DNA of 64,000 bases from Squalus acanthias (Eukaryota), in NCBI GenBank assembly GCA_030390025.1, contig CM059432.1:84508001-84572000 (forward strand), read 5' to 3'. Position numbers and translations under genes: made by a program. How positions within the stretch are numbered: the first letter of the stretch is position 1; each line of letters starts with the position of its first letter. The notes beneath the pieces are model-generated. The model did no database searches and was not told the DNA's origin. It saw nothing but the letters and a program-made list of their open reading frames with translations. Shown here piece by piece: positions 1-10,784 of the stretch.

Positions 1-308
1 CATTGTCTTTGTTGTATTTTGCTATCGTCTTTGATGTAATGTCTTCCTGACTGACCTGGTTGGACACCATCCACACCTTTGATTGCCGTGATTGTCTCTC
101 TGCCGAGGTGTGATAAAGGGCAGTTAGAAAGATTAACTGTAGTCGTCTGGCATTGTTCTCTGCACAGGCATTGTGCTTTGTCTATATATGCTGTGCCCAT
201 TTGTATTTCTTCACTTCACCTGACGAAGGAGCAGCGCTCCGAAAGCTTGTGATTTCAAATAAAGCTGTTGGACTATAACCTGGTGTTGTGCGACTTCTCA
301 CTTTTGTC
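1..308 (+). mobile_element. Penelope-like element 3' terminal repeat (pLTR) remnant
   Basis: 216-308 closely matches the element at 21095-21297 (cacctgaNgaaggagc..gctccgaaagcttgtgatttcaaataaa..tgttggactataacctggtgttgtgcgac). It has a hammerhead core followed by AATAAA. The upstream extent is uncertain. Confidence 0.7.
216..252 (+). ncRNA. Minimal type I hammerhead ribozyme motif (PLE-associated)
   Basis: Stem I TCAC/GTGA, core CTGACGA, an extra A, stem II GGAGC-agc-GCTCC, GAAA, and palindromic AAGCTT in place of stem III. Confidence 0.7.
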
Positions 309-538
309 AAAAGTATGAAGGGGAATTCCCTTCTTTCATTGGCTCGCCTGGCCCACGTGATCCCAGGGACGCTTGCGAACCGCATGCGCCCCTGGGATCC
401 TGGGCCCTGCGCATTTTGACTGTGGAGAGACCCAGGATCGGAAGTGTCCGGACCTCGGGAGCCCTCAGGTAAGGGCGTAGATTTTTCCCGATAGGAGGCA
501 TCCGCACGCAGGAAGCCTCCGATCGGAAATTACGGGCC
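309..538. mobile_element. Harbinger-like MITE, right half
   Basis: GC-rich and ends ggaaattacgggcc. A similar end (ggaaaatacgggcc) closes the short element at about 42319-42420. Confidence 0.5.
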
Positions 539-1548
539 AATATCTTCAGTGCACGGAGAAAGCTGTTCAGTGACATTAGTGTTGCTTAAAATCTCTGTTA
601 CCAAGGCTCAATTACCAACACAAAGAGCAAAAGAGATTGATGGTATCTATGTCTATTTCCCTTATGAAAAAAGAATTGTTGCAGATTGCTCATGTGTTGG
701 GTATAATATGTGCATTCATCTGCAATATAACATCCCAATACCAAACTCTTAAGTGGTCCAATCATGAATTGCCAAATAATGTGGCTGAAGCCCTTCTCAG
801 TATCATTGGGAAGGAAATGTTTTTCATGTCAGCAATGGGTGGCACGATGCATGTTAGTTAAATACTTCCTCACATTGTTTTGCAGATCAAGTCTTCAACC
901 ATGTTGTATTGTCTTCCCTTAATAAACTATGCTTAATCTAAGTGTATACATTTCATAATATAGCCTTAAGTCTTATGACTAATACTTTGCCCAGAATTTT
1001 GAGATAAACTTGACTGGTTTGATAGGTTTAGGATATAGATGGCTCAGTTCAGATTTCCAGAAAAACAAACGGTTTCTGTTTGTCACAAAATGCAAAGTAG
1101 CACCTGCTGAATAATTTGGCATTGACTGCGCTATGTGTTAATGTGTAGTCTCTAGCTTCTCAGATTGGGTTGTTTGGATTTGGATTAGAGTTCAATAGCC
1201 TAGGATCAATTAATTGACCTGAAAATCCAAATCATGACCAGTTTGTTCACTACAAGCTCTGTTTAAGAATTAAAGGATCCTCAAATGTGAAAAAAATAAA
1301 ACTAATAATGGTGTATTTTCCTCTTTAGGTACCTGCTGGATGCCCACCAGATACAGTGTATTGGAGGTACGCTGCATCTGTAGAAGGAGTGGTTTGTGCA
1401 ATTTTCCTGTTCTGGGACATATGCATGGCCCAGGCACATTAACAGCACAGGTCCGTTTCTTGGCAAGGTTAGGGATCCGGGGTAGCAACAAGACTTTAGG
1501 AGGATTGAATATATAAATTGAAAATGGGGACTGAATTACATCTGAATG

Positions 1549-2140
1549 TCTTGGGTCAGTGGTAGCACTCTTGCCTCTGAGTCAGAAAGTCATGGGTTCA
1601 ATTTCCATTCTAGGATTTAAGTACATTATGCTTTTGGTCATCTGCCCTAATTTCTCCTTATGTGGCTCGGTGTCAGATTTTTTGTCTTATAACACTCCTG
1701 TGAGGCGCTTTGGGACGTTTTACTATGTTAATGGTGCTATATAAATACAAGTTGTTGTTGTACATAACCTCAGCTGACACTCCATTGCAGTACTGAGGGA
1801 GTGCTGCACTGTCGGAGGTGCCATCTTTTAGATGAGATATTAAACCGACGCCCCATCTGCTCTCTCAGGTGGATATAAAAGATCCCATGGCACTATTCGA
1901 AGAAGAGCAGGGGAGTTCTCCTGGTGTCTTGTCCATCATTTATCCCTCAACCAACACCACTAAAACAGTTTAATTGGTTATTTATCTCACTGTTGCTTGT
2001 TGGATCTTGCTGTGTGCAAATTGGCTGCCACATTTTCCTACATTACAACAGTGACTGCAGTTTAAAAGTAATTCCTTGGCTATGAAACACTTTGGTATAG
2101 CTGAAGTCATGAAAAGCGCTATATAAGTGCAAGTTCTTTC
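1549..2140 (+). mobile_element. tRNA-headed DeuSINE (AmnSINE1/SacSINE1-like), interrupted by an L2 3' stub
   Basis: A/B-box-like head (tgggtcagtggtagc..gggttcaat), Deu-domain-like core (ggaggtgccatcttttagatgag..aaagatcccatggcactattcgaagaagagcagggg) and L2-type tail gcgctatataagtgcaagttctttc. A second copy lies at 42866. Confidence 0.8.
1630..1760 (+). mobile_element. L2 LINE 3' stub nested in the SINE
   Basis: Matches the 3' end of the L2 at about 48666-48810, has a (GTT)n tail, and is flanked by a gtacat duplication. Confidence 0.8.
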
Positions 2141-2295
2141 TAAAGGTGTTATATAAATCAACTTGTTATGGCTGTGCATGATCTGCTGTGAAAGAGCTAT
2201 AAGGTCGTGTGAAGATATAGCATGGCAATAAATGTGCAACAGGTTACCTGGCAATATTTTGGGGAATATACCTGATGAATGGAACCTTTGGCTAA

Positions 2296-2420
2296 GCTTA
2301 CCTTGGTAGCTTCCTTAAAGTGGGCATTTTCTTCCATATATTCTTCCAAATCTTGCAGGTAGTCCACACAGTGCTGTGCCTGGCTCTCACCTCCTGCCAG
2401 ACATGCATTCAAATATTCAC
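2296..2420 (-). mobile_element. Ancient Harbinger Myb/SANT-like exon 1 remnant
   Basis: One frame reads WQEVRARHSTVWTTCKIWKNIWKKMPTLRKLP|gtaagc. This parallels WEEIAEAISATSVVPRTWIQCYKKLNDLTRVGK|gtgagt at about 54950-55055, including the donor position. Confidence 0.45.
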
Positions 2421-5400
2421 AGCCTGTTTGAAAACTGCAACAATCTTTCTCCATTTGCAACCATTTACTTTAAGTAGATGCATCAATTTGAAGTTCCCCC
2501 ATGATTGCTTGTCAACAGCGCACCCGCCCCCTGCCCACCATAAGCTCCCAATACCAGGCTCAATATGGGCAGAAACTTGCCACCTTTATTAAATGGAGGC
2601 TGACCCTGGAATTTCTGGCTGAATCAGCATGTATCCGATCAGGCAAATACTAAATCATGCTTTAGACAGAGCCCCCTCCCTACCCTCCCTCACAAAGTCC
2701 TAAATAGGTAGCTTCCCTTGCATCCATTCAAAATCAAAATATTTTTGTGTGCATTCTGGGGCTTCAATGAGGCCACGGTATGTAATGTATACAAGTACGC
2801 TAGCATACAAAATGGAGCTGGTCAGAACATTTCTGGCAGGAGGAATCGAGCACAATACATTCCTAAATGTTGGTCTCCTAATTTTATCATCTCCGGTCCC
2901 ATTCTGCAGCTGTATAAGCAATGCAGATGATCTGAAAATCTACCTCACTGTGTCTAGTAGTTTCAAATATGTTACACAGAATTCATTGAAAACTTACCTC
3001 ATAATGGTAACTTTCTGGCATGGAACTGTGGCTGCTTTCAGTCATTTCTAACACAGTCAAAGAGTGAAGTTTAAAATCTATGTAATATAATACTGAAGTT
3101 GTGCTAGGAACAACAAGAATAATATGCGCGTCCTATGCTTGTCAGCTGATAGACCCTGGCAGTGCAAAAGGATAGAACTGCAGATTAGGAAACAATGTGA
3201 AGATCATGGAGATAAAATCAAGATACCTTGGAAATGGTTCAAAGAAAACTAAAGACATAATTTGTATTAAATAAATCAAGAGAGAAGAAATTATAATGGG
3301 AAAGTAAATGAAGGAACAAATTATAAAATGAAAGAGAGATTGAGAAATGAAAAATAGTGAAACAGAAACAGAGATAGAGAAGGTAGGACAACAGAGCAAA
3401 TTAAAACAAAAGTAGAAATAAGAAAGGCCATCCCAGTGATGCAGTGCATTAGTGCAACAATGCACTGAGACATGAATGAAAATGAGCATCAAAATTAATT
3501 CAGATTTTGGCTTTAAATGTCCTCAATCCCGCTCAGCTGCCATAACTGTGGAGGATCAGGAATCGTGCACTCTCAGGTGTAGCAGAGCCAGAGTTCCCCA
3601 TTTACATAAAATAGACAGGTCCCTGTGAAAGTACAGGCAGATCTTTGGTGCCTGCTAGTGGGAAAGGCAGAAAATGTTGTGTTTGGCAGCCACACAGCAT
3701 TGAAGCTGGTGGGACAGCTTAAAAGAGCAAGATCTCTAGAAATTTGCTCTTTTTATAAGAGGGTCAATTTTATGGTGACAGCCTCTAATCTTCTGGAGTG
3801 TTTCAGGCCAGAGTTATTGGGGATGATTTTAGTCTTGCTACCATTTCATTTACATCTATAAATGAGGTAGTAATGAGGCAAAACTTGCAGAAAACAAAAT
3901 AAAAAGGCTGACTTACCACAGGAGGGCCGCTCATACCAAGTTAGACAGCTAGCACTCCGAATGGAAACAGGCGGGGGCAGCATTAATATAAGCAAATAGG
4001 GCTCAGTTGACGTTGTCAAAGCTCCCAATGACATTTTTGTCTCAGCCAGCACTGCCACTGCTACATCCATAACTCACATGGATTAACAAACCATGGGAGG
4101 TACAGGCTGAGCGGTGGCCATTTACAGGGGTATTTAAACGGAAAGGTGGAAGCAGGTCTGGCACTTATTTTTTCTTCAGTCTCTTGAGTGTCTTACGCTT
4201 TAAAAGATACCATAATTTTCTGCTCTGGTTGCTATTAAAATTTCCTTGCCACTGAAATCTGTAGCTCCATTTCACTCCTGATGTTTCCACCCCTCCCCTT
4301 TAAGGTGCCCTCTCACTAGACATAAGAACATAAGAACATGCGTTCACCCTGCCCACCACCTGCCTTATTTGTGACAGAGATGAAAATCACCCCATTATCT
4401 GGACCTCCCCCTCCCCTGTGGGCCCCACTTATTGGTCTGGGCACTGATGTTGGCTAGTTATGACCCATTTCCCGAGCTCTGCAGGACTTCCACCCCAGGT
4501 ACTTCGCTGGTTCTGAGGAAATTTGGGGCAAAATTTTCCCCTTTATTTTTGGGAGGTCATCTGCTGTGCTTCTCCATTGGCAAAATTGGAATTAGATGCC
4601 TGCACTCCATAAGCCAAAATGGAAGTGGTTCTTACCCAAACAGCTGACATGTGCAATGATATGAGAGCATACTGCTAGTTTAAGTTGCAAATGCAAATAT
4701 ATAACCTCTAGCTAGCTCCCTATTCGAGTACCAGAGGTATCACCAGCAAGAGGCCATTTAAACTACACCCCACTAGATTATTAAGGACTCAACAACAGAC
4801 AGCCACCATGAAGCTGTCCACTCCTGCTTGAGAAGCAGGAATAACAATTTAAAAAAAAGTAAAAGTATATTTTTATTGGTTATTTTCTTTTCTTCAGCCT
4901 CTAGGCTCCAAATGTCCCCATAACTTAACTACCTGACAGGATGGTCTGAGGGTCAATTCACAAGCCTCACCCACGTTGGCCTTAAAGTGCCAGCTAAAGA
5001 GTGTGAAAAAGTGGCTTTCCAATTTTCCCACTCCTTTCTGAGAAGCCCTCCACTCCAAATACACTTCAGATTAGAAATTCAAAATACAGGCAATTCTAGG
5101 TGGGGATCTGCCTCTGACACTCTGAGGTATAACAGCCTGACATTCAAATGCATTATACTACTTTACTATCAGCGGGGGAAATAATATTTATTAAAGGAAA
5201 GGATTGGACCTGTGGTCCACTGCAAATCCTGATGGCATTTGAATGGCCAAACTCGGTTCTTTTGAATAAACGACAATTTTTTAAAACACTATTTTTATTG
5301 TGGTTCCAACAACAAACAAAAAGTCTTTGCCTGTCATAGCAGCAGAACAACTAACACCAGATGCAGGAAAACTGAGACGCATATGCAGTGTGTTGATGTG

Positions 5401-6194
5401 CCAGTGAGTGCTGCCATGCAAAACTGGGCAGGTTAATTGAACCACACTTATCAAAATTGGGCTAATTTTTTATTTGGAAATTAACTGAAACTGGTGCAAT
5501 TAAGATCATTTTATCCAAAATTCAACTTAGTGTTATTCTTGTCACAGAATGGTAGGACATGAGTTTGCTCCTCTCATATATTAAGTTTCTGATCTCCACT
5601 GAACCACTGAGGCTGGCACTCAGCGGGGAGGCAAAGAAAATCCGTGGATATTAACCTGGGATACTTCCCTATATTTTTTAGCAGACAGTTACTATCAGCA
5701 GAGGTGTGAAATTATTCACCTGCCTGTCCCCTCAGCTAGAGAATGGTGCACAGTCTGCGAGGGACCACAAGAATGGGAGAAAATAACTTAAAAAAAATAT
5801 TTACAAATGGCACTTTGCTAAAGAGAAAAATAAAGGGTAGAAGTGTCAAATCAATGGAGGAAAGAAGACAAGTAATTAAGCAAGTGAGATGGTATAAAAG
5901 TGACAAAGGAAGAACCAACAGTTCGAAAGTAGAAAGAAAGAATAAAAATATTTTAAATAATTTTTAAACAATAGGCAGTAGAGCAGGGAAAATAGAATTC
6001 TCCCTCGCTCACAAATACTGCTATAGGCCACTCCAGTATAGCTGTGAAACAAATAACAGCTTCAAGGCACCAGATTCATTAGTTTCAGCAGATCACTATC
6101 GAAGCATTTTAGTGTAAAATGTCGCAGATAACAATGCAAAGGTATAACATAAAACAACACAAAGTGATGCACTTGTACTGAACCAGCACTCATT

Positions 6195-7080
6195 GGCCCA
6201 GAATTTGCAGTCAGCGGCGAAGCAAAGGCATTCGCCGCTGGCCCTGAAGAAAGCTTCCCACAGACATCTTGCGATCTCTGTGGCGAGAAGTTTGCCTTTT
6301 CCGACGCAGAATTGATTTCAGCACAGTGTAGTGGGAATCCCTAATGTGATGCTGCTGTGATGTCAGCAAGCTATCTAAGCAGCCAATCACATTGCAGAAT
6401 TCTCACAGACGAGGAACCAGGAAATGAGAAGCTGCTTTTATCCCGACTTCTTAAAAATGTTACAGAGAGCAAAACAAAGATTGGGGCCCTCACATGGGGA
6501 TAAGGTAGAACCTGAAATTTCATGAACAAACTTTTTAAGTTGAAAATTGGAACTTTTATCATAATGAAGAAATTTGACACTCCATGAAATTAAAATTAGT
6601 TTTTCAGGGCCAGAAGGGTTGTTTTGCAGTTAAAACACTGTTAAAACCCCAGTTACACCTAATCCAACAAGGTTTAACATTTAATGGGGTATTTGCAGAG
6701 ATAATGGCCCAGAAATTCGCACAGTGTACTCACCCGTAAGGCCAACGAAAGTGCCGGTTTCGCGCATGCACTGCGCATGCGCTGGAAACCGGAACTTCCG
6801 TTCCCTTGAAGGAAGGGGTTCACAGGTCAAACGTGTGCGCCGGAGAGGCAGCGCGTAGAAAAGCCCAAGTTTTCATCCGTTTCACTGTTTACACTGATTG
6901 CCGGCTGTAGCGGGTGGTGTCACAGCGCAGCCAGTGTCGGAGCAGTGAATGACTGACCATAACTTCAGGATTTCCGCGTTTAGATGCGCACGCGCTAAAT
7001 CCTGAAGTTGTGGTCAGTTTCAAAGGGGTAATAATGCTGAACGCTGTTAGTTCGCCATTATTACCCACCGCAAATTCCAT
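6195..7080 (+). mobile_element. Non-autonomous Harbinger-like element (family B) with a nested fragment from 6706
   Basis: Starts ggcccagaatttgcagtcagc and is homologous, in reverse orientation, to 20166-20856. Confidence 0.65.
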
Positions 7081-7081
7081 T

Positions 7082-9738
7082 GGTCTAGATTTGCCAATCC
7101 AGTGAGAAACACGCTTTGTGGCCACCAATTCACCTGAGTCCTGACCCCACCCGATCTGTCGGGGTCAGGCTTATGTAAATTTTGTGGTGAACTCCCAGTG
7201 GTACTTTAGCTGCCACCGAGTTGGCTGCCTTGGGTCGAGGGAGAAGAAAATTGCTGCGGCACCAGCTTCAGTTTTGTGTGACCAGCATCACACTTTGCAT
7301 CATTTGCAATAGGCTTGATGGCCCTTTAATATTTAAAGTCCCCCCTCTAATACCTTAGCAGTACTCGACACCAGGAATACAATGGTGTTCTTGTCAGTCA
7401 TTATTTCCCATATTCAACATCCGATTTTGCCTCATGGTTGAAAATCCAAGAAGTGGCGGCAGAGGTCAGAAGTAATTCCTCCAACAGAAAGAGGCTGGAA
7501 ACTGACAGTAATTCATCAGTAACCTGACCCAATTGTACCAATCTGAACAAGTTCATGTTTAATAAGAAAATATTTGGCAATGAGAATAACAAGTACTGCA
7601 GGGTAGAAATTCTTTGACATTCTCTTTAAATATTGTTCAGTTTAAGCACAGTTTTCTTGCACAGTTTCCACTATCCTACTGATGCTTTTCATTTTTATTT
7701 CATGTTATGTCTCAAGCATAAAATCAACACACTTCAAGAACATCCCCTCTTTGAACTTTAAAGTTGGGGTTTGGTTTGAGGCAAGACATTCAGTGAAATT
7801 AATGCTTGCATTATAAACCATATCTACTCAGGATATAACCTAAATATATGTGATTCATAATAAAGTGATAAAATATCAGACACAGGTGTAAGATCATTAA
7901 ACCTGGCAATGATAAACTTTATTCTATTTTAGTTTAGGAGTACAAGCCAGAACAACTTGCAAATCTGTTTGGATATCGCCGTATGGGCCTCTTGTCCTAC
8001 TTTTATATGTGCAAAGATAGCTCCATTACCAAAATGAAGTCATTAGGGAGATCAATCAAAACATGGAAGAAATACATTAGGGCAAAACGTCAGCAAGTTT
8101 ACAAGTTGTCAGATTCCAAATGTAATGAAAGAAAGCACCTTGGGCACAATCCCTGGTTGAAGGTTGTATACCAGTTCTCAGCTTGCAACATGACATTTCA
8201 AAAGCATCAAAAAAAACAATTGAACAGCAATGCTATCAGAGCTCCTGGAGCGGCTTCAGGCAAGTAACTGTATCTCTTTCATGAATGAAGCTCTTGTCAT
8301 ATCCATAGCATATCAGGAAGTCTTTAGAACTCTAAAAACCTAAACATTGTAAGATTTCCTTTTGACACTGGGAAATTATTAAATATTGTTTTTGAAAGAA
8401 CATGACAGTGTTTTGTACTAAAAGAAACCCCACAAATAGTTCAGATGCTAAAAATCTGTTTAAGCATGTTGTGGAAGAATGTACTCTTCTAAAAGCTTAG
8501 GATGATAACAGATTAGTATATATTAACTCTGCCAAATTGTTGATTTTTAGAAGAAGGGAATTTGTTATAACAATTAAGGGCCAATTTTCCTGGGGGACCT
8601 GGGGTATTTAAATAGTCAGATGGAAACATCACAATGAATGATGAACAGAGCACAGATGAGCAGATTCTTGTGGAGTAGGAAGTACCTTGCCAGAGAATAA
8701 GGTTGCTTCCCTCCACTATTGGTAATGCCAGGGATCCAGATCTCTGTGGTCCTGCTTTTAACAGAAGGATGCTTTCAGAGCACAAGAGGTTATTGGAGTC
8801 ACTGTGCCCCAGAACCTTCAGCACATGACAGCAAGGATTCCAAATGCCCTGTGTGGGGTGCTCAATCACAGTATGGAAAACATGCATTTAGTATTATAAG
8901 GAATAGCAACACCAGTGCCGTCTGCCGGGTAGACTCAAACAACAGAGGCCATTATGGATGCTCAGTATGCTGCCATACAGGCCTTGGGATGCAATCTAAT
9001 CACTTCATTGGGAACAACAGCTGCTGAGCTTAGCAAATAAGGAGAGATTGTTACAGGCTTCATTGGTACAAAATTATTACAGGGCTTGATAGGATGGATG
9101 CTGGGAGAATGTCTCCCTTGGTTGGGGAGTCTAGAACCAGAGGTCACAGCCTCAAGATAAAGGGTAGGCCATTCAGGACTGAGATAAGAAGAAATTTCTT
9201 CACACAGAGGGTGGTGAATCTTTGGAATTCTCTACCCCAGAGGGCTGTGGAGGCTCAGTCATTGGGTATATTCAAAACAGAAGTTGATAGATTTCTGACT
9301 AGTAAGGGCATTAAGGGATATGGCGATAAGGCCGGTGAATGGAGTTGAGGCAGAAGATCAGCCATGATCTCATTGAATGGCAGAGCAGGCTCGAAGGGCC
9401 GATGGCCTACTCCTGTTCCTATTTCTCATGTTCTTATGTAATGGGGCCTGCACATCCACAGATGAACAGGCTTGGAGGCCCGTAAGAGGGGTCAGCTGTA
9501 ACTGTCAAAGAGTGCTGTAGCTATCTCTCCCAGTGGGTGGGAGGCTTCAAATTCTCCCCCCATGTACCCTTTTTTAAGAACCTGTTGTAGCTCACTGCTT
9601 AATAGTATCCGTAGTAGTGATTGGCTGTCTTTTATACTTATTTGTCTGCAATGGAAAGGAAAATTGGGTGGGATGTATAACGGGTAGCTAATCGTCTACC
9701 TCCCATTTTGCACCCATCCGAAGTTGAATTTTACTGCC
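7082..9738 (+). mobile_element. Highly decayed Harbinger element (Myb-gene remnants), containing a CR1 stub
   Basis: TIR-like ends. QEVAAEVRSNSSNRKR at about 7450 resembles the Myb exon 1. DLCGPAFNRRML at about 8740 resembles DLDGAAFRRRVM at about 57170. Confidence 0.4.
9080..9439 (+). mobile_element. CR1 LINE 3' fragment
   Basis: ESRTRGHSLKIKGRPFRTEIRRNFFTQRVVNLWNSLP, then the 3' UTR and a short (tcttatgt)-type tail. Confidence 0.9.
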
Positions 9739-9997
9739 TCTGGCTTCTGTGTCTTCATGTGCTGGTAAAAATCAGCACTAACTGGGCCCTCTCCTTTCAA
9801 CATCACTCTGACTTGAAAAGATTCTGTCCGCTGGTGGGAATTGCTGCCAGAACAAGAGTTTCTGCCTATAGTTCAAAATGACTATAATCAGTTAGGGAAA
9901 TAACAGAGAACCCTCGTCATGTAATCCTTCTTGACTTCAAAAGGCTTTACTGCTAAACAAAGTTATTAAACAGTAAATGACAATAGAATAATAATCG

Positions 9998-10203
9998 TGG
10001 GAAGGGGAATGTGTGTTGGGGGTGATTGAGGAGTGGACTAGGATGTCGCGGAGGGAACGGTCCCTTCGGAATGCTGAAAAGGGAGGGGAGGTGAAGATGT
10101 GTTTGGTGGTGGCATCACACTGGGGGTGGCAGAAATGGCGGAGGACGATCCGTTGTATGCGGAGGCTGGTGGAGTGGAAACTGAGGACAAGGGGAACCCT
10201 ATC
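9998..10203 (-). mobile_element. Penelope-like element ORF fragment (region between RT and GIY-YIG)
   Basis: DRVPLVLSFHSTSLRIQRIVLRHF..DATTKHIFTSPPFSAFRRDRSLRDILVHS is a typical PLE linker motif, recognised from family knowledge. Confidence 0.75.
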
Positions 10204-10204
10204 G

Positions 10205-10740
10205 TGGGCCTTGGGAAACCCGGCAGCTGCAGCGAGGCGAGCAAAGCCTCGGGAGCACTCCTTGTGGGCCTGGAGGAGCAGCAGTGCTTCCTCCTGGCCC
10301 CCCAAGCTCCCTCCTCAGAATCCCCCCTCCCCATACAAACCCCCACCGAGATCAGACCTCCCCCCAGGATCGGGAGCCCCTCCCCTCCAGGGTCAGGGAT
10401 CGGAACCCCCCCTTAGGATCGGACTCCCCTGGGGTCAGGGATAGGAGCCCCCTTGTTATTGGAACCCCCTGGGGTCGGGGATCGGGTCCCCTTAGCATCG
10501 GACTCCCCGCCCCGGGGTCAGGGATCTGACCTACCTGGTCCTGCGGCCTGCTCCGAAGTGCTCCCTGCCCGACTGGAAGCCAAGCCGGTCAATCAGGGTG
10601 ACTTCCGGGTAGGCAACTTGTCAGGCCCAAGAGTCGCACGCTGTGGAGTTAAATCTCCACAGTGTGCGGGGAAACCCAGACTTCCGGGTTTACCGTGCGC
10701 TACCAGGACTCCAGCGCATCGGGAAGTAAAAATTCCTCCC
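10205..10740 (-). mobile_element. Harbinger-like MITE part with a hairpin and a GC-rich tandem repeat
   Basis: Hairpin cttgtgggcctggaggagca..tgcttcctcctggcccccaag at 10261-10305, imperfect ggggtcagggatcgga repeats at 10365-10530, and a TIR-like end aaaattcctccc. Confidence 0.55.
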
Positions 10741-10784
10741 AAAGAGACAGAAAAACGGTGGGATATCGTTAAATCAATACAGTT

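Noticed and set aside
2302..2423. Protein-like minus-strand exon GCEYLNACLAGGESQAQHCVDYLQDLEEYMEENAHFKEATK with a gtaagc donor
   Set aside because: Another frame matches the Harbinger Myb exon 1 pattern, including the donor position, so it is better explained as a decayed transposon exon. A host exon is not fully excluded.
3917..4070. Apparent first exon, in phase with 2302-2423
   Set aside because: The acttacc donor after an A-rich run is the motif seen inside many MITEs in this window, and the region looks like a decayed MITE.
7398..7980. Plus-strand exons HYFPYSTSDFASWLKIQEVAAE and EYKPEQLANLFGYR that join in frame with 1329-1366
   Set aside because: The first continues as QEVAAEVRSNSSNRKR, resembling the Myb domain inside a decayed Harbinger. 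The joined peptide is not a protein I recognise.
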